A stretch of 63,591 nucleotides of DNA, counting the filler, from Rhabdomonas costata (Eukaryota), in the NCBI GenBank assembly GCA_019059605.1. It is 55 parts of 55 records of this genome, joined end to end, with 100 filler letters (N's around TTAATTAATTAA, not from the genome) between each part and the next. Parts side by side here need not be neighbours in the genome. Positions count along the whole stretch, not along the records: positions 47,480 to 48,537 come from JAHMHO010030895.1; positions 48,638 to 49,695 come from JAHMHO010030896.1; positions 49,796 to 50,853 come from JAHMHO010030897.1; positions 50,954 to 52,011 come from JAHMHO010030898.1; positions 52,112 to 53,169 come from JAHMHO010030899.1; positions 53,270 to 54,327 come from JAHMHO010030900.1; positions 54,428 to 55,485 come from JAHMHO010030901.1; positions 55,586 to 56,643 come from JAHMHO010030902.1; 47 more parts are not named here. One strand, written 5' to 3'. A program made the translations under genes and the position numbers. Shown one piece after another: positions 47,554 to 59,900 of this stretch. Position 1 is the stretch's first letter. Each line of letters begins with the position of its first letter. Below the pieces are notes generated by a model. The model was given only the letters and a program-made list of their open reading frames with translations, made no database searches and was not told where the DNA came from.

Positions 47554-48381
47554 ATCCGGCAGAAGTGGAGCGTGCTCAACATATCCATGGTGCACCGCCT
47601 CGGGCTTGTTCCGATTGGTGTGTCTGCACGGTGCCCTGTTCCTCTCCATAACACCGTCTGTTCTACCCCACGTTAACCCCTGCCAAGCTTCGCCGAACTT
47701 CAGCCCTTGCAGCGACCATGATCTTGGGCTTCTGGGGGTTATTATCTTCTCGAAATTGTGTGGAAATCGCCTCACACAGCACCATGCTGCTGTGGTCCAG
47801 CATACTACACAGCTTGTCGCCAGGAGACCGTAATGGTTCGGAAAGTGTTGACCCTAGATCCCTTGTAAAGGTTGTTGTCTACGTTTGCCGACCTTCTGTT
47901 TGAATGCCTCAGTCAATGGTGAGGTTTCGGGTTAGGGTTTGGATTCGGACTAGAGCGTAAGGCAAAAATGACGCAGTACGTGGCGAAAAAATTACTCACA
48001 GTATATTTCCGCCATGAGCGCCTGGGAAACTGCCCAACGTCTGCCCATTTTATTGGACCCATAGTCTGTTCCCCACCTGCCACCACGTAGAGCGGAGAGC
48101 GCAGTCCTTTCCCAATATCTGTTCCAAGTCAAAGAAGATGTGACGCCGGATGTTTTTTTTCGTCGTTTCTTTTTGGTTTTCGAGGTCATCATACCCGGCT
48201 TGGGAGCATTGGTGTGCTCGGAGCGGTCAGGCGCGAGTTTTTTAGTGCCCTGCAAAAGGAATGTGTCCGTTCGTTTAATGGGTACGGGTTGAAAGGTGAG
48301 GCCAGCGTTATTGTGGTGGTGAGCTCAGCACACCGTGCTGACGCCCTGCAGGCCAGCGCCTACGGCATTGAAAAAATCAAG
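47554..48381 (+). CDS. moaE: Molybdopterin synthase catalytic subunit (MoaE/MOCS2B), 2 exons
   Basis: Exons 47554-47617 and 48296-48381: IRQKWSVLNISMVHRLGLVPIG|EASVIVVVSSAHRADALQASAYGIEKIK. The next donor is GC (48382). Confidence 0.93.
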
Positions 48382-49795
48382 GCATACCCCACTTCTCTCT
48401 TCCTCACCTGCTATGTGTTGCGGGGATTTTCTTTTAAATTAACTGTATCAGAAACGTGCCTTTTTGTGCAATCGATTTCCAAGGAACGTACGAAGCCGAG
48501 CTTTAAATTCTTTTCATTAAAGCTGCCCATCGTAAAANNNNNNNNNNNNNNNNNNNNNNNNNNNNNNNNNNNNNNNNNNNNTTAATTAATTAANNNNNNN
48601 NNNNNNNNNNNNNNNNNNNNNNNNNNNNNNNNNNNNNCGACCAGAAATATGTTGGAACGAAGTTGAGAAAGGTGGGGTGGCGACGGATGGCTGAAGGAGG
48701 ATTGAGAACAGAACCTTTGGTATGTTGGGGTTATTTTATTGGGAGGGATGAATACGTGCATGTGCGCAGGCCGCTCTATGCGACGTAGCTGCGGGGTGGT
48801 TTTCCGAGCCCTGCGTGGTGTGTGACAAGCGTGCCGCTGTGGTGGGCGCCAACCCCGCTGCGGAGGCGATGTTTGGGTACACTGTTGCGGAGGTGCCCTG
48901 CAACTCACTGTGCTCTTCTCCGCTGTGATGAGGTTGACGAATTTTTTATGGGGTCGCGTTCAGAGCCAGGCGATCTGGTCTTCACCAAATGGATTAGCAT
49001 CAAATGGCGGAATCCAGGCAGTTTATCGGCAAAAAAATATTTTGAAAATTCCCGGGGGGACGGGCTGTCTCGCCTTTTTGCGCAAACATCGCCACCTAAC
49101 CCCCTGCAAAATTCCACAAAATACTTTTGCCCCCCCTCCCATTGGACGAATGTCATTTTCGGCCTTAAGCCTCAAATGCCTGCCCTCTCATACCTCATAC
49201 GCACACCTCCTCTAAAAACACCTTTGAATGCATCCATACAGATTTCCACCTGGGATGTTCACCGGCAAGCCGTGTGCTGTAATAATGGCCGATTCCTGTC
49301 TGGGAGTGACATACTTGGATGGGCTGCGGGGGTCACAGCTCCGGCAGGGCAGCACCCTGCAGCGGATCCTTCCCGAGCACTTCCTGGCGCTGCAGGAGCA
49401 CTGCGCTGCCCGAGTAGTGGCGGCTGCTCGGTTGGTGGATTCCTCTGCCCCTGGCGAAGGCACCCCGTCGCGCCCCGTGAGCCCATTCAGCGGCGGCGGC
49501 ACAAGCAGTGCCAGGGGTGTGGTGGTCAAGGGCCCCGTTAAGCACCTTCTGTGGTGCACCACCGTATGTCGGGGGGCCTCTTGGATTTTGAAGTCGAATT
49601 TAGGCCAAAATGGGACCATGAAAAAACATGCCTTGGCGCAGACCTGAGCCTGGAGACCGAATATCCAACACACCCCACCAAACTCTCCTAACACANNNNN
49701 NNNNNNNNNNNNNNNNNNNNNNNNNNNNNNNNNNNNNNNTTAATTAATTAANNNNNNNNNNNNNNNNNNNNNNNNNNNNNNNNNNNNNNNNNNNN

Positions 49796-50340
49796 GGTTG
49801 TGTGTTGGGCGCATAGCGCACAGACTGTTGTCTGACTGGGCGTTGGTGACGCTGCGACTGACGGGCGCACGGGCTATTGACCAAGGATGCTTGCCAGACT
49901 TACCTGCGAATGTGTTGTGGGTACCCTCACTGGAGAGCCTCGGGCTCACTTTTCTTTCCAATCCCTCTCTCCCTCCTTCTGTCCGGTTTGTGCCCCAGCT
50001 GTTCTAATGACCGAAGACTGCATTGAGATGAGCAGATCAGCACTGACATACACAGGCTCTTCGGAGCAGTGCATCAGCTTCTCCTATTCTCTCTTTTTTT
50101 ATTGTGCTGTTCTTTTTTTTGGTGCGAAGGAAACTCCTTGTTGGTAACAGGCCCGTAGCAAGAGCTGTGTACCCGTGTTCGCGGGGGAGGATTCCCGGGT
50201 CAGCGCCGTGCTCAGCCGCGTGACCTGTGACCGGGTGGTGCTGGCCCCGCTGCCTCGCTCCGCAGCGTTCAACGTCATCCCTGTGGTGATTCCTGTGGTG
50301 ATCGGGGTGACCCTGGCGGTAGCCGCGGCGGCCTACGTCT
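49796..50340 (+). CDS. Single-pass membrane protein, partial (2 exons)
   Basis: Exons <49796-49920 and 50151-~50340 join in phase 0; TM segment VIPVVIPVVIGVTLAVAAAAYV. Confidence 0.55.
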
Positions 50341-50623
50341 GCGTGGTTGAAAATGGACTGAGATCTGAAGGCCCCGCTCAGGACACTGGGCGACCTGGCA
50401 CACTGCTATCGGTGTCAGAAATGTGTATGTGTGTGGGGGGTGTTGGGCGGGCATCTCTGCAACTCTGTGCTGCATACTGTGGGTGTAGTATACCCCGATA
50501 TACCGGTATACCGGGGTATGTGCACCGTGCACTTACTGCACTGAACCTCAGGTAAGTTGTTCAAGAAGAAGACCGGATGGACTGGATGGACTGCCAGACA
50601 GAGAAGCGGAGACCCAGAGACAC

Positions 50624-50725
50624 CTGAGCGGCAGGGCGTGCAATGAGAGGTGTTCCCCGCAGAGAAGGTGCCCTGAGGGCAGCCCACGCACTCCGAGGCC
50701 GTGTCGGTGTTCACAGAGACGGTTC
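50624..50725 (-). CDS. Cys-rich GCC2/GCC3 (ephrin-receptor-like) repeat exon
   Basis: cag|GTVSVNTDTASECVGCPQGTFSAGNTSHCTPCRSG|gt; C..CP.GTFS......C.PC motif. Confidence 0.75.
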
Positions 50726-52929
50726 CTGCGGGGAAAGGGCGGCCATCGGGGCAATGGGGGAGGAAGGCTGGTGGAAACGCTGAGGCTACTTCGAAATGAT
50801 GGGAAGCCCTGACCTTTTCTCTACCCTGTGGGGGTGAGTAGAGAACCCAACAANNNNNNNNNNNNNNNNNNNNNNNNNNNNNNNNNNNNNNNNNNNNTTA
50901 ATTAATTAANNNNNNNNNNNNNNNNNNNNNNNNNNNNNNNNNNNNNNNNNNNNTGGTTGGTACCATGCTACCCGGGACCATTTTGCTCCACCTTCAACCC
51001 ACCAAGGCAAGAGATAAAGTAAAAAACCAGCTTGACCAAAGCCTCCACCACCCAAACACTGGGACGTGAGAGGGGAAGCTCCGAAGAACAAGGACAGGCA
51101 ACGGACGTAGCGGCTCCGTCCCCAGTTGACTAAGTGATGCTACGCGCTTCCCCGACACCAGCGGGATGAGAGATAAGGAGCGTGGGTGACGGGAAAGTGG
51201 GATATTAACTTCCGGTGGGCGGGCGACCCGAAGAGTCAGACTCAACTGTGCTGTTGATTGCCTTTTGTGACGGATTAGGACCTCAGCGGGTGAACGGCAC
51301 ACCGCCTCAGAGGATTTGGGGGAGGGGTGACCCGAAGAAAGATTAACAATCAAAATCTAATTTTGGTTTCAGGACAAATCAACCCACACACACTCTGTTT
51401 AGAACGCAAAAGAAGTATAAAAGAAAACCCAATTTTCTTGGAGCTTTGCCACGTGGTTTTCCTTCTCTCTAGCTCATTGGGGTCCCGGAAGGGCCCATTG
51501 GAAAAGACGAATTCGAAGGCAGCAAACGGGGGTGACCATCAAAAGGGTGCATAGCGTACCACAGAGCACGAAGGCAAGCAACAGCACAGCCAACGATTAA
51601 AAGGGAACCGCTTTGACCGATTGACTTGTTTGGTTTAACCGATAATTCCCGCGCCGGTCCCACCATACCCCGGTGGGCCGAAATCCTTTGCCCCAAGGGG
51701 CTTGGCATTCCATACCTATGGCACCTTGTGCCCAACTGGCTTGTTGCGGCCCTTTTTCTCCCTGCTTGCATTTTGCTCCTTGGCGGTCGCCGGGAATGAA
51801 GAGCGGCTTCATCCCAATGGCGACGCTGTGGGGGGATTTTATTCCGATCCCTTGTTGAGGATTGGACCGAGCAGCGGTCCGCATCCCCCGGTCTTAGTTT
51901 TCGGGTTTCCGGGCGGAGAGGCCATCCCTGTAGCCGGTTACCAAGCCGGTTCGTGACACCCTTCCCCACTAGGAGTTTACTCCGGAAAACGTCGTCCGAA
52001 CCGGATTGGTANNNNNNNNNNNNNNNNNNNNNNNNNNNNNNNNNNNNNNNNNNNNTTAATTAATTAANNNNNNNNNNNNNNNNNNNNNNNNNNNNNNNNN
52101 NNNNNNNNNNNTTTGTTTTGTCCAGAGCCCTGTTGAAATCTGCATGCATTGGTTCTCTCTCTCTGTTATCCATCCTGCATGCATTGGTGTGCGCCATTCA
52201 ATCGATTGGCGGCGCATTGCCTCCATTGCACGCATTTACCATCATCTATTGACTGGTCAAGAGCTCGTCGTCTGGTTGTGGAAACTACCACTCTGTAGTG
52301 ATATCGTGTGCCCAAATGACGTTTTAGTCCAATTTCAACTTCTACGTTTTGCAGAGTTTTCTTTGTTGACTTGGTGACAGCTGTGTCTGTTTGTTCGTGT
52401 TTGTGTATGTTTGTGCGATGCAAAGACAGAAAAGAAACACGTAAAGTAGAGCGATGATGGAAGTAAAAGAAAATCTGCCACTAACCTAAGACGCGCGTGC
52501 CTTGGTGCTTACACGGTTGGTCCTATATCTCTTTAGTCAGAAGTGAGTTTTCGGATCACAAGACAACAGGCCAAGACCATTAGTATGCCCCACATGTCCC
52601 GGGCTTATGTTCCAAAACGCGCGAAAGAAAATCTGTGTTCTCCAAAACCGCCTCCCAACACTGTGCGAAAAACCCTTGTTGGGGTGTGGTTTTGGCACGC
52701 CCCATCCCACACCACAGATTGTATGGAATAAGTGTAAAGAGCCATCCTTTCACACCACCATACATCAACACAGAACGTTGTTGGCGAGGACACGAGGCCA
52801 CCACCGGCAGGCATCATACTCACACAAAAACAAAAACACTGGAACTCCCGCTACCCATGGGCGCAAAAGTGGGCCGGTGATAAGGCAACTTAAAGTACGG
52901 CACCTCCATCCCCAACGCACTCCGGTCGA

Positions 52930-53169
52930 AGGACAATTCGCCCCGACTTTCCACCGCAACAAACTTCGTCCCCTTCAACAGATTCATCCAGGTCACAAAA
53001 TGCTGATGGTAAAATTGTGAATTCCCCTCCGACATCTTCAATTGCTCCAACCTCCACACCTACGTTGTAGTCCCACGTCTGTGCACACAGCCGCCTCTTC
53101 AACGCTTCTACACACTCTTTCCAGTCTGTAAAGAATTGACCTGGCGCAACAATTCCTCTGGAATGTGCA
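52930..53169 (-). mobile_element. Degenerate Ty3/Gypsy-like gag, second copy
   Basis: Shares blocks such as TCTTTACAGACTGGAAAGAGT and TTTGTGACCTGGATGAATCTGTT with ~24400-24565; translates FYHQHFVTWMNLLKGT. Confidence 0.7.
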
Positions 53170-53274
53170 NNNNNNNNNNNNNNNNNNNNNNNNNNNNNNN
53201 NNNNNNNNNNNNNTTAATTAATTAANNNNNNNNNNNNNNNNNNNNNNNNNNNNNNNNNNNNNNNNNNNNGTTGT

Positions 53275-53341
53275 GGGGTCTCCGCAGCCGCGCTCACATA
53301 CCTAAGCAATTAGGCAAACGCACCGCGGCTGCGGAGACCCC
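53275..53341. repeat. 18-bp inverted repeat at contig start
   Basis: 53275-53292 GGGGTCTCCGCAGCCGCG pairs with 53324-53341. Confidence 0.85.
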
Positions 53342-56300
53342 GCGTAGCTCCAACTTAATAGAAGGGCGCCCGCGCAGTGCTTCCACAGGGGCAGTAGCCC
53401 AAGTTTAAGGGCGATCCCCGGCAATAAGGCAGATCCCAAAGTAATCCAGGATCGCGCCCAGAATGGCGTAGGAGGTGGGGTCCGCTTCGCCTAAGCCCCG
53501 CGGTGGGCCCCGAGGTTGAAGTTGGGCCCGGGAAAAATGCTCACACATCCGTTGAAGTCCGGCACTGCGTCATCAATGCAAGGCACCCGCCGCAACGTAA
53601 TTCATCTGGCAAGGTTTTCTGGTGTGGCAACTGCGGCGTGGTAAGGGTACGGTACAATTTGGTGAGGTATTGCGCTTTGCAATTTTGCGAAATGATGTGA
53701 TCGTGCATATTGATGCCGCACTTAATGAAATTATCATAGGCGCAAACTACTTGCTCTAATTTGATGTGGTTTTGCATTCCAAGCCGTAAGCTTGTTGAAA
53801 TGACAACGCACGCCATTCGATGTTGGCTAACCGGAATAAACTTTCGGTGCCAGATACGGTTTGCCAGCATTGGCAATCCGCTCGGCAGCAGGAGTTCCCA
53901 TGGTACGCACGAAATCAGCCCAGCCGAAGTTCACCCCAGGGGCGCATTACCAACGTTTGGTCGTGAAATAAAACAGCTGCTCCACGGCGGAAAAGGGGCG
54001 TCTCTTTTTTTTTTTTGCGAAGTAATAGCCTCCCCCTGGTTTAATTATCCAGCACACCCCAACTGTGTGTTCGTAAATTCCCAGGAACGTTCTTTCGTGT
54101 CGGATCTGGTACATTGTCCCAACTAACCATAGGCAAACGGCAGGTTTAAGCCAATGCACCACCAGCACGGACCAAAAGGTCTCATGTCATGCATTTATGC
54201 ATATTCATATGCATATGTTCCCACGCCAAATGTGCCACACTCACAAATCCAAAGCGTCTACCAGCACAAAGCTGTGAACATATATAACGTAGACGCCCTT
54301 GCACTCGCAATAATGGCCAACAAAAACNNNNNNNNNNNNNNNNNNNNNNNNNNNNNNNNNNNNNNNNNNNNTTAATTAATTAANNNNNNNNNNNNNNNNN
54401 NNNNNNNNNNNNNNNNNNNNNNNNNNNGTGGTTGTGTGGATGCGAATTGTGAGCAGCCACGCTCCCCCATGGAGCGGAGGAAGCGGGGGAGTTTGCGAGG
54501 TTTAGAACGGGAAGCGCTTTCGCCGCAGGACACTCTGCGAGGGCTGTAATGTCGCTCGGGTCTCAGTGGAGAATAGCGCTTCCCTCCCCCAGCTGTCCAT
54601 AATACGCAAATATGGGGGAAGGACAATCTCCTCCCGAGTTCCTTGTTTCTGCTGAGTGTTATTTTTTTTTGCCAAACTCCCAGCTCTACACGTACACTGT
54701 GCCCTTTCTTTGCCTTTTGCCTTTTGCCTTTAGTGCACACGCACACACACGAGAGATGTTGGGAGGGAGTGCGGGGAAGCACTTACGCGCACTCCGAAGT
54801 TGGGCACTGGTCCGGGAGTGCATGGTGGACCCCCTGACGCAATTGTTGGGTTGCGTTGCAGGCGCAGTTGTCTGCTCTTTCAGTCTGGAATGGAATGTTT
54901 CCTACTTCGCTTCAAATGAAGCCGAGGTTTCCAGAACTTGATCGCACGACAAACGGCAAACGATTATCTGTCGAAGCGTTTCCCATATAATCGCAGTACT
55001 TTTCCAAATGAGTTTGCTCGAGGGTATAAGTCTTACAGCGGATGGGTCACTGGGGTCAGGTGGCATGGGGTTGTCGCCACGCCCACACATCTGCGCGCAG
55101 TGAATCGGCTGGTGGCGCCACGAATTACTATGTTTAGATCAGTTCATCCAGGTCTGTCAGCGATTAGGACGACGAATTGGGCGATTGGGGTAAAGTGTCG
55201 GGCGGAAGTTAATGCCCTTCCCCCATGCTTTCGGACTGGCAAGGGACGATTCGTGTCGTGTGGCTGGCAGACGAAGCTTGATGGGTGCTGAACGACAAAA
55301 GGAAGAGTTCGTCTGCATGCGGCAGTGGGCGCAGGAGTACCAAACCACTGCAAGAATGCGCGGGCGAGGCAGGGCTTCATTTTCTTTCAATGTGGATTTT
55401 ATATGGAAGTCTCTATTTATGTCGTTTAGGGATAGGTCTGACCAGGCGCTTCGTCTCGTAAACCGCCCCCCCCCCGTCCCCCCCCNNNNNNNNNNNNNNN
55501 NNNNNNNNNNNNNNNNNNNNNNNNNNNNNTTAATTAATTAANNNNNNNNNNNNNNNNNNNNNNNNNNNNNNNNNNNNNNNNNNNNGGTTTGTGGTTCACA
55601 TTGTCGTGGAGGAGTGCCATTTTTAATGGCATTTTAGGAGCACAATTGCCAGGACTTCTGTTTCCTTCTGTATCTAATCGTAGTGGGCGGCTTTTCTGTG
55701 AGGCTTTGTTGTGCCTTTCCCTTTGCCCATGTCATGTGTTCTTAGCGCGCACCCGGGTCAAGGTTTTTTTGGGGGGGGTTCCAAAGTGCCCGCCGTGTGG
55801 TTCGCTTGTCCGCACAGCGGCCGCAGAACCACTTAGCACCCCACCCGTTCATGAGATGTGTGCTGCTTGGTCACGTTGGCCGATCACGGATGAAAGCTTT
55901 CTGCTTTGAAAGTTTTATCGCACGATCAAACACTGTTCGTTATGGAATGTTCTTCGCTGCTCGCCTTCTTCTTTCTCTGCCCATTGTTGCAAGGGCGGGG
56001 CTTCGCGATGGAAATTTGTGCACTGGACGTTGGTTCGATGGGGTAGGGGGTAACCGTTCCCGTTACCTCTGGGAACTGTTTTCCCTGCTTGACATAATGG
56101 TCCCCCATGCCACGTTTCCGCCCTAGCGGGTGCTCAGTACGCGCATTGGCCTTCGGCGCACGGCGCATCGGTATTCTGAAGGAGGAAGGATGCCCGTGAT
56201 TGGTCCCGAACCTGTTTGAATAGTAGGCTGTTAACCTAACCTTCTGAGGCGCCCAGGAAAAACTGGTCGAAAAGCTATACTTCAGAAGACAATGTTTTCA

Positions 56301-56802
56301 AAACGTTGTGGTCGAAAGGAAACAATGCAGGGATGGACGAAACTCCAAGTTGGGCGAAAACTACAATGCAACACTAGTATGGCGAGCGCGGGATGTACTT
56401 TTATAATACGTTTATGACCCAGTCAGGGCTGTCTGCTTCTCGCAAGATCCATCCACATGGCTTACAATGACAGCGGTCGATCGGGGGATTTTAGAGCCCT
56501 AACATCACAAGGGCGGGGAGAGGGCTTGTGTGTGGGGCTCATAACAGGGGCTGCCTCGCCCCACCCCTCTTGCCCTCTCACAGGCGCGAAGTCAATAATT
56601 ATGATTGCTCTCTGGCAGAGGTTGGCCATCCACCACCCCCACANNNNNNNNNNNNNNNNNNNNNNNNNNNNNNNNNNNNNNNNNNNNTTAATTAATTAAN
56701 NNNNNNNNNNNNNNNNNNNNNNNNNNNNNNNNNNNNNNNNNNNGAAGCAGCGCGGTGGGCAAGCCCTCGCCCGTCGACGGTCGCGCTATGGGGAGGCCGC
56801 AC

Positions 56803-56916
56803 CTGTCGCAGCGCCTCCGCCACCCCCGTCGTGGTTCGGGAGACCTCCGAGAAGAGACGGTACAGCTGAGCGGAGAGCGCGCTGACCCGCTGGTGGAGCT
56901 GACGAAGCTCAAGAGC
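56803..56916 (-). CDS. Helical/coiled-coil exon of an unknown protein
   Basis: cag|ALELRQLHQRVSALSAQLYRLFSEVSRTTTGVAEALRQ|gtgcgg, phase 0-0. Confidence 0.5.
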
Positions 56917-59900
56917 CTGAGGGGGAAAAACCCGCAACCTTCACCGAAGGGAGGACAGTGGGTGAGTGCGGGGGTTTCTCCCCCCCAAACATGTGAGAAG
57001 CGTGTTCATTTCTGCGGGTTAAATAAATTTTCAAGGCGGGTACATGTTTTCGATGGATGCCGATGGGACGAAGAATGGGACATTCTTCGGAGAGCGCGAG
57101 CTGGGCTACATTACGATCAATCAAATCACTTGCGGAATACCAAAGTTCTCAGCTTCCCAGTTTTTGGAAAGCCACCACCTAAAATCATTTGCCGTCTGAG
57201 CCACCTAGCTCCATCCTGAGCCATCCCAGGCGGAATCTTGAGACATGCCCCATATCCCCACGTCGGCGTCCCCCAATCCTGCATCACCTCTACGCCAGCT
57301 GCTTCAATAGAAAAACGCAACTGCGCAAAAAAGATTCACACAAAACCAAAACGCTCTCCAGAGGACGCTCCGTCCACGCGTCGGCTGCAGCGGCGCACAT
57401 CCCAGAAGCTCGCCGAAGCGAACCCAGATCCGTCTGAACCCTCCGCCTCGCCCTGCGGCTCTTCATTTTTTGCAGCCAAATACGCGAAGAGCTTCTTCCG
57501 AGAAGGAAAAAACGCACAAGCAAGCAGAGCACCCCAGAGCAGAGCAGAGCAGAGCATTTCCATCGTCAGCGTTGGCGATCACGCTAAACTCGGGAAGCTG
57601 CTTTCGTGCTGCCCTTTTGGACAGATCCCTTTCTCCGGAATAGTAGGGCAGTCGGAAACCCAAAAAGCCCATAATCAGATGAATTTTGAAAGTTAGCATC
57701 AAACTCGCGAACTGAAAAATAAAAACTGGCTGCTTGTACATCAGCCGGGTGCCAGCGTCCACCGAAAAGATGGGCTCCGTGTGCCCATCTGCAAAACAAA
57801 CNNNNNNNNNNNNNNNNNNNNNNNNNNNNNNNNNNNNNNNNNNNNTTAATTAATTAANNNNNNNNNNNNNNNNNNNNNNNNNNNNNNNNNNNNNNNNNNN
57901 NTGTTGTGTGGAAGCAAGCACCCGTGCTTTACAACAAAACGGCTGAGTTCTGCAGAGCGTCACGCCTTGGCCGACGGTGAAGGAACCGTGTCGGGCCTCG
58001 CTCGCACAGGAACGCACGCTAAGGGGTTATGACGCAAGCATGGAGAAGGGTATCAGTTCAGTATTGCGCAACACTGAGGTGTTTGATTCAAAACCTAGCG
58101 GCACATCTAGCAGCGTGCGATCAGCCGCAATCAGTGGCACACAGAATCCTGGGGGCAACGGTGTGGTGGTGACACAACGGGATGGGCAGCAGCTTTTCTT
58201 TCAGATGTCGTGGCATTCCAACTTCATTCGAGGAACATTTATGGAGCATTTCTGAGATTTCAAATTAAAAGCACAAGTGCGGGTAGGGTTGTGCTTATGT
58301 TTGGAAAATGTCGAGCAGGCGTCAAAGACCTTGGCATCCCTGCATCAGTGGCATCAACGGTGCCCGTGTGCAGGGGACCCCTTGGGTGGTGAGAATGCGA
58401 CGCGACGAATGGAAAAATCACTGCCGGTAAGGAGACCACGGGTGGATGTGAAGGACTACCCGCAGACGCCACGGGCAGAGAGTGTTCGGATGGAGATAGA
58501 GCATGCCTTTGTTGAACGAGGGCCGTGATCCAGACTTGCCTGCCTTGCCTGCTCCCAACCCCCCCTCCCTCCCGGAGGGATACCGAAAAATCAGCAACAA
58601 ATTGCATTCAAGAGAAAATCATCACAGCAGTTAAACGGAGACACAAGACCGTGAAGCGGGTTGCAGGAATTACGGAAGCGGCCTAAGAACCCCATCGAAA
58701 AAATTACATTACATTACATAAAACACGGCGGAGGTTTGCTGACTGCCTCCAAACCCCGATTTTGTTTTTGAAAAGGCGAGTGTCTGAACGGTGCAGTTGG
58801 CGCATCCTCCTCCCTCCCTACGGATCCAGAGTGAATTGCAAACAGAGATACCTTTCCCCTTAGTCCAGCTGGAGTTGGAGTAAAGCCTCGCCTGAGGGAA
58901 TGGGGAGAGAGGGAGCAACCCGCCGCCCGCGAGGAAGGGGCGGGTTGCTCCAAAACCCCNNNNNNNNNNNNNNNNNNNNNNNNNNNNNNNNNNNNNNNNN
59001 NNNTTAATTAATTAANNNNNNNNNNNNNNNNNNNNNNNNNNNNNNNNNNNNNNNNNNNNGTGGGGTGGGTTGCCGTTCGCTCGTCATTGTCCTCTGAGAC
59101 TGTGGGGTGATGCTGTAAGGGGGCTATTCCGTAAGGTGGTGTTTTGGAGACATGAAGACTGAAACCTTCAACTAGCGTGAACGTGTGCATCAGCGAGGTT
59201 TGCAGAGGCCTGTAGGTGTAAGGCAACTCTCAAGCTGAGCCTCCTTGCTGTGGCTCTCCCGCACTGGAAGGGGCCTTGACAAGCAGACTGGGTTTTTGAG
59301 AACCCAGGCGACCTGGAGCCATGTCTGAGTAGTTTTGGGTTTGGCGTAGTTGTATTACTCTGTTGTGGATGCACCACACATGTATATTCACGGTTGCACC
59401 AGGTTATGGACTGGAGGCCGCCTCCTCGTCCTCCTCTCCGTCGCCTGGCGGAGGGTGCGTTGGCTGCACCAACCCTGTGGAGGCCTGCCGCCAGGGTGGG
59501 CGGTGGTTCACCTCGCAACCTCACCCCGAGCTGGAGAGGCTCACCGTGCACTTCGTACCCTCTCGGCCCAACGAAGTGTGCCTGTGCACGTTTGCTTTGG
59601 TTTGGATGCAGGGGCTCGTTTCCTTTTGCTTGCGCCAGAGCGGTAGGTCTTGGCAAGAAGGTTTACTTATGCATTAGAGCCCTGTGAATTTGTGAATGTG
59701 AATTCGGGCCCGGAGGAGAGTTCTTCGATTCTATTCCTCCCAATTCCAATGATGTGGAGTAAAGTTTCGCCGCTACTGCATCATAGCTGCAAAAACGGAA
59801 ACATCGCCAGACATAAGAAAGGCCACTCGCTGTGTGCCATCTTTGGCGCGGATCAATGTAAAAATGAGAGTTACGGCAGAAACAATAATTCTGCAAAAAA

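Noticed and set aside
1160-50725. Euglenid non-conventional (non GT-AG) introns in the recognised genes
   Set aside because: Every junction I could reconstruct fits GT-AG or GC-AG. Others cannot be called without transcripts.
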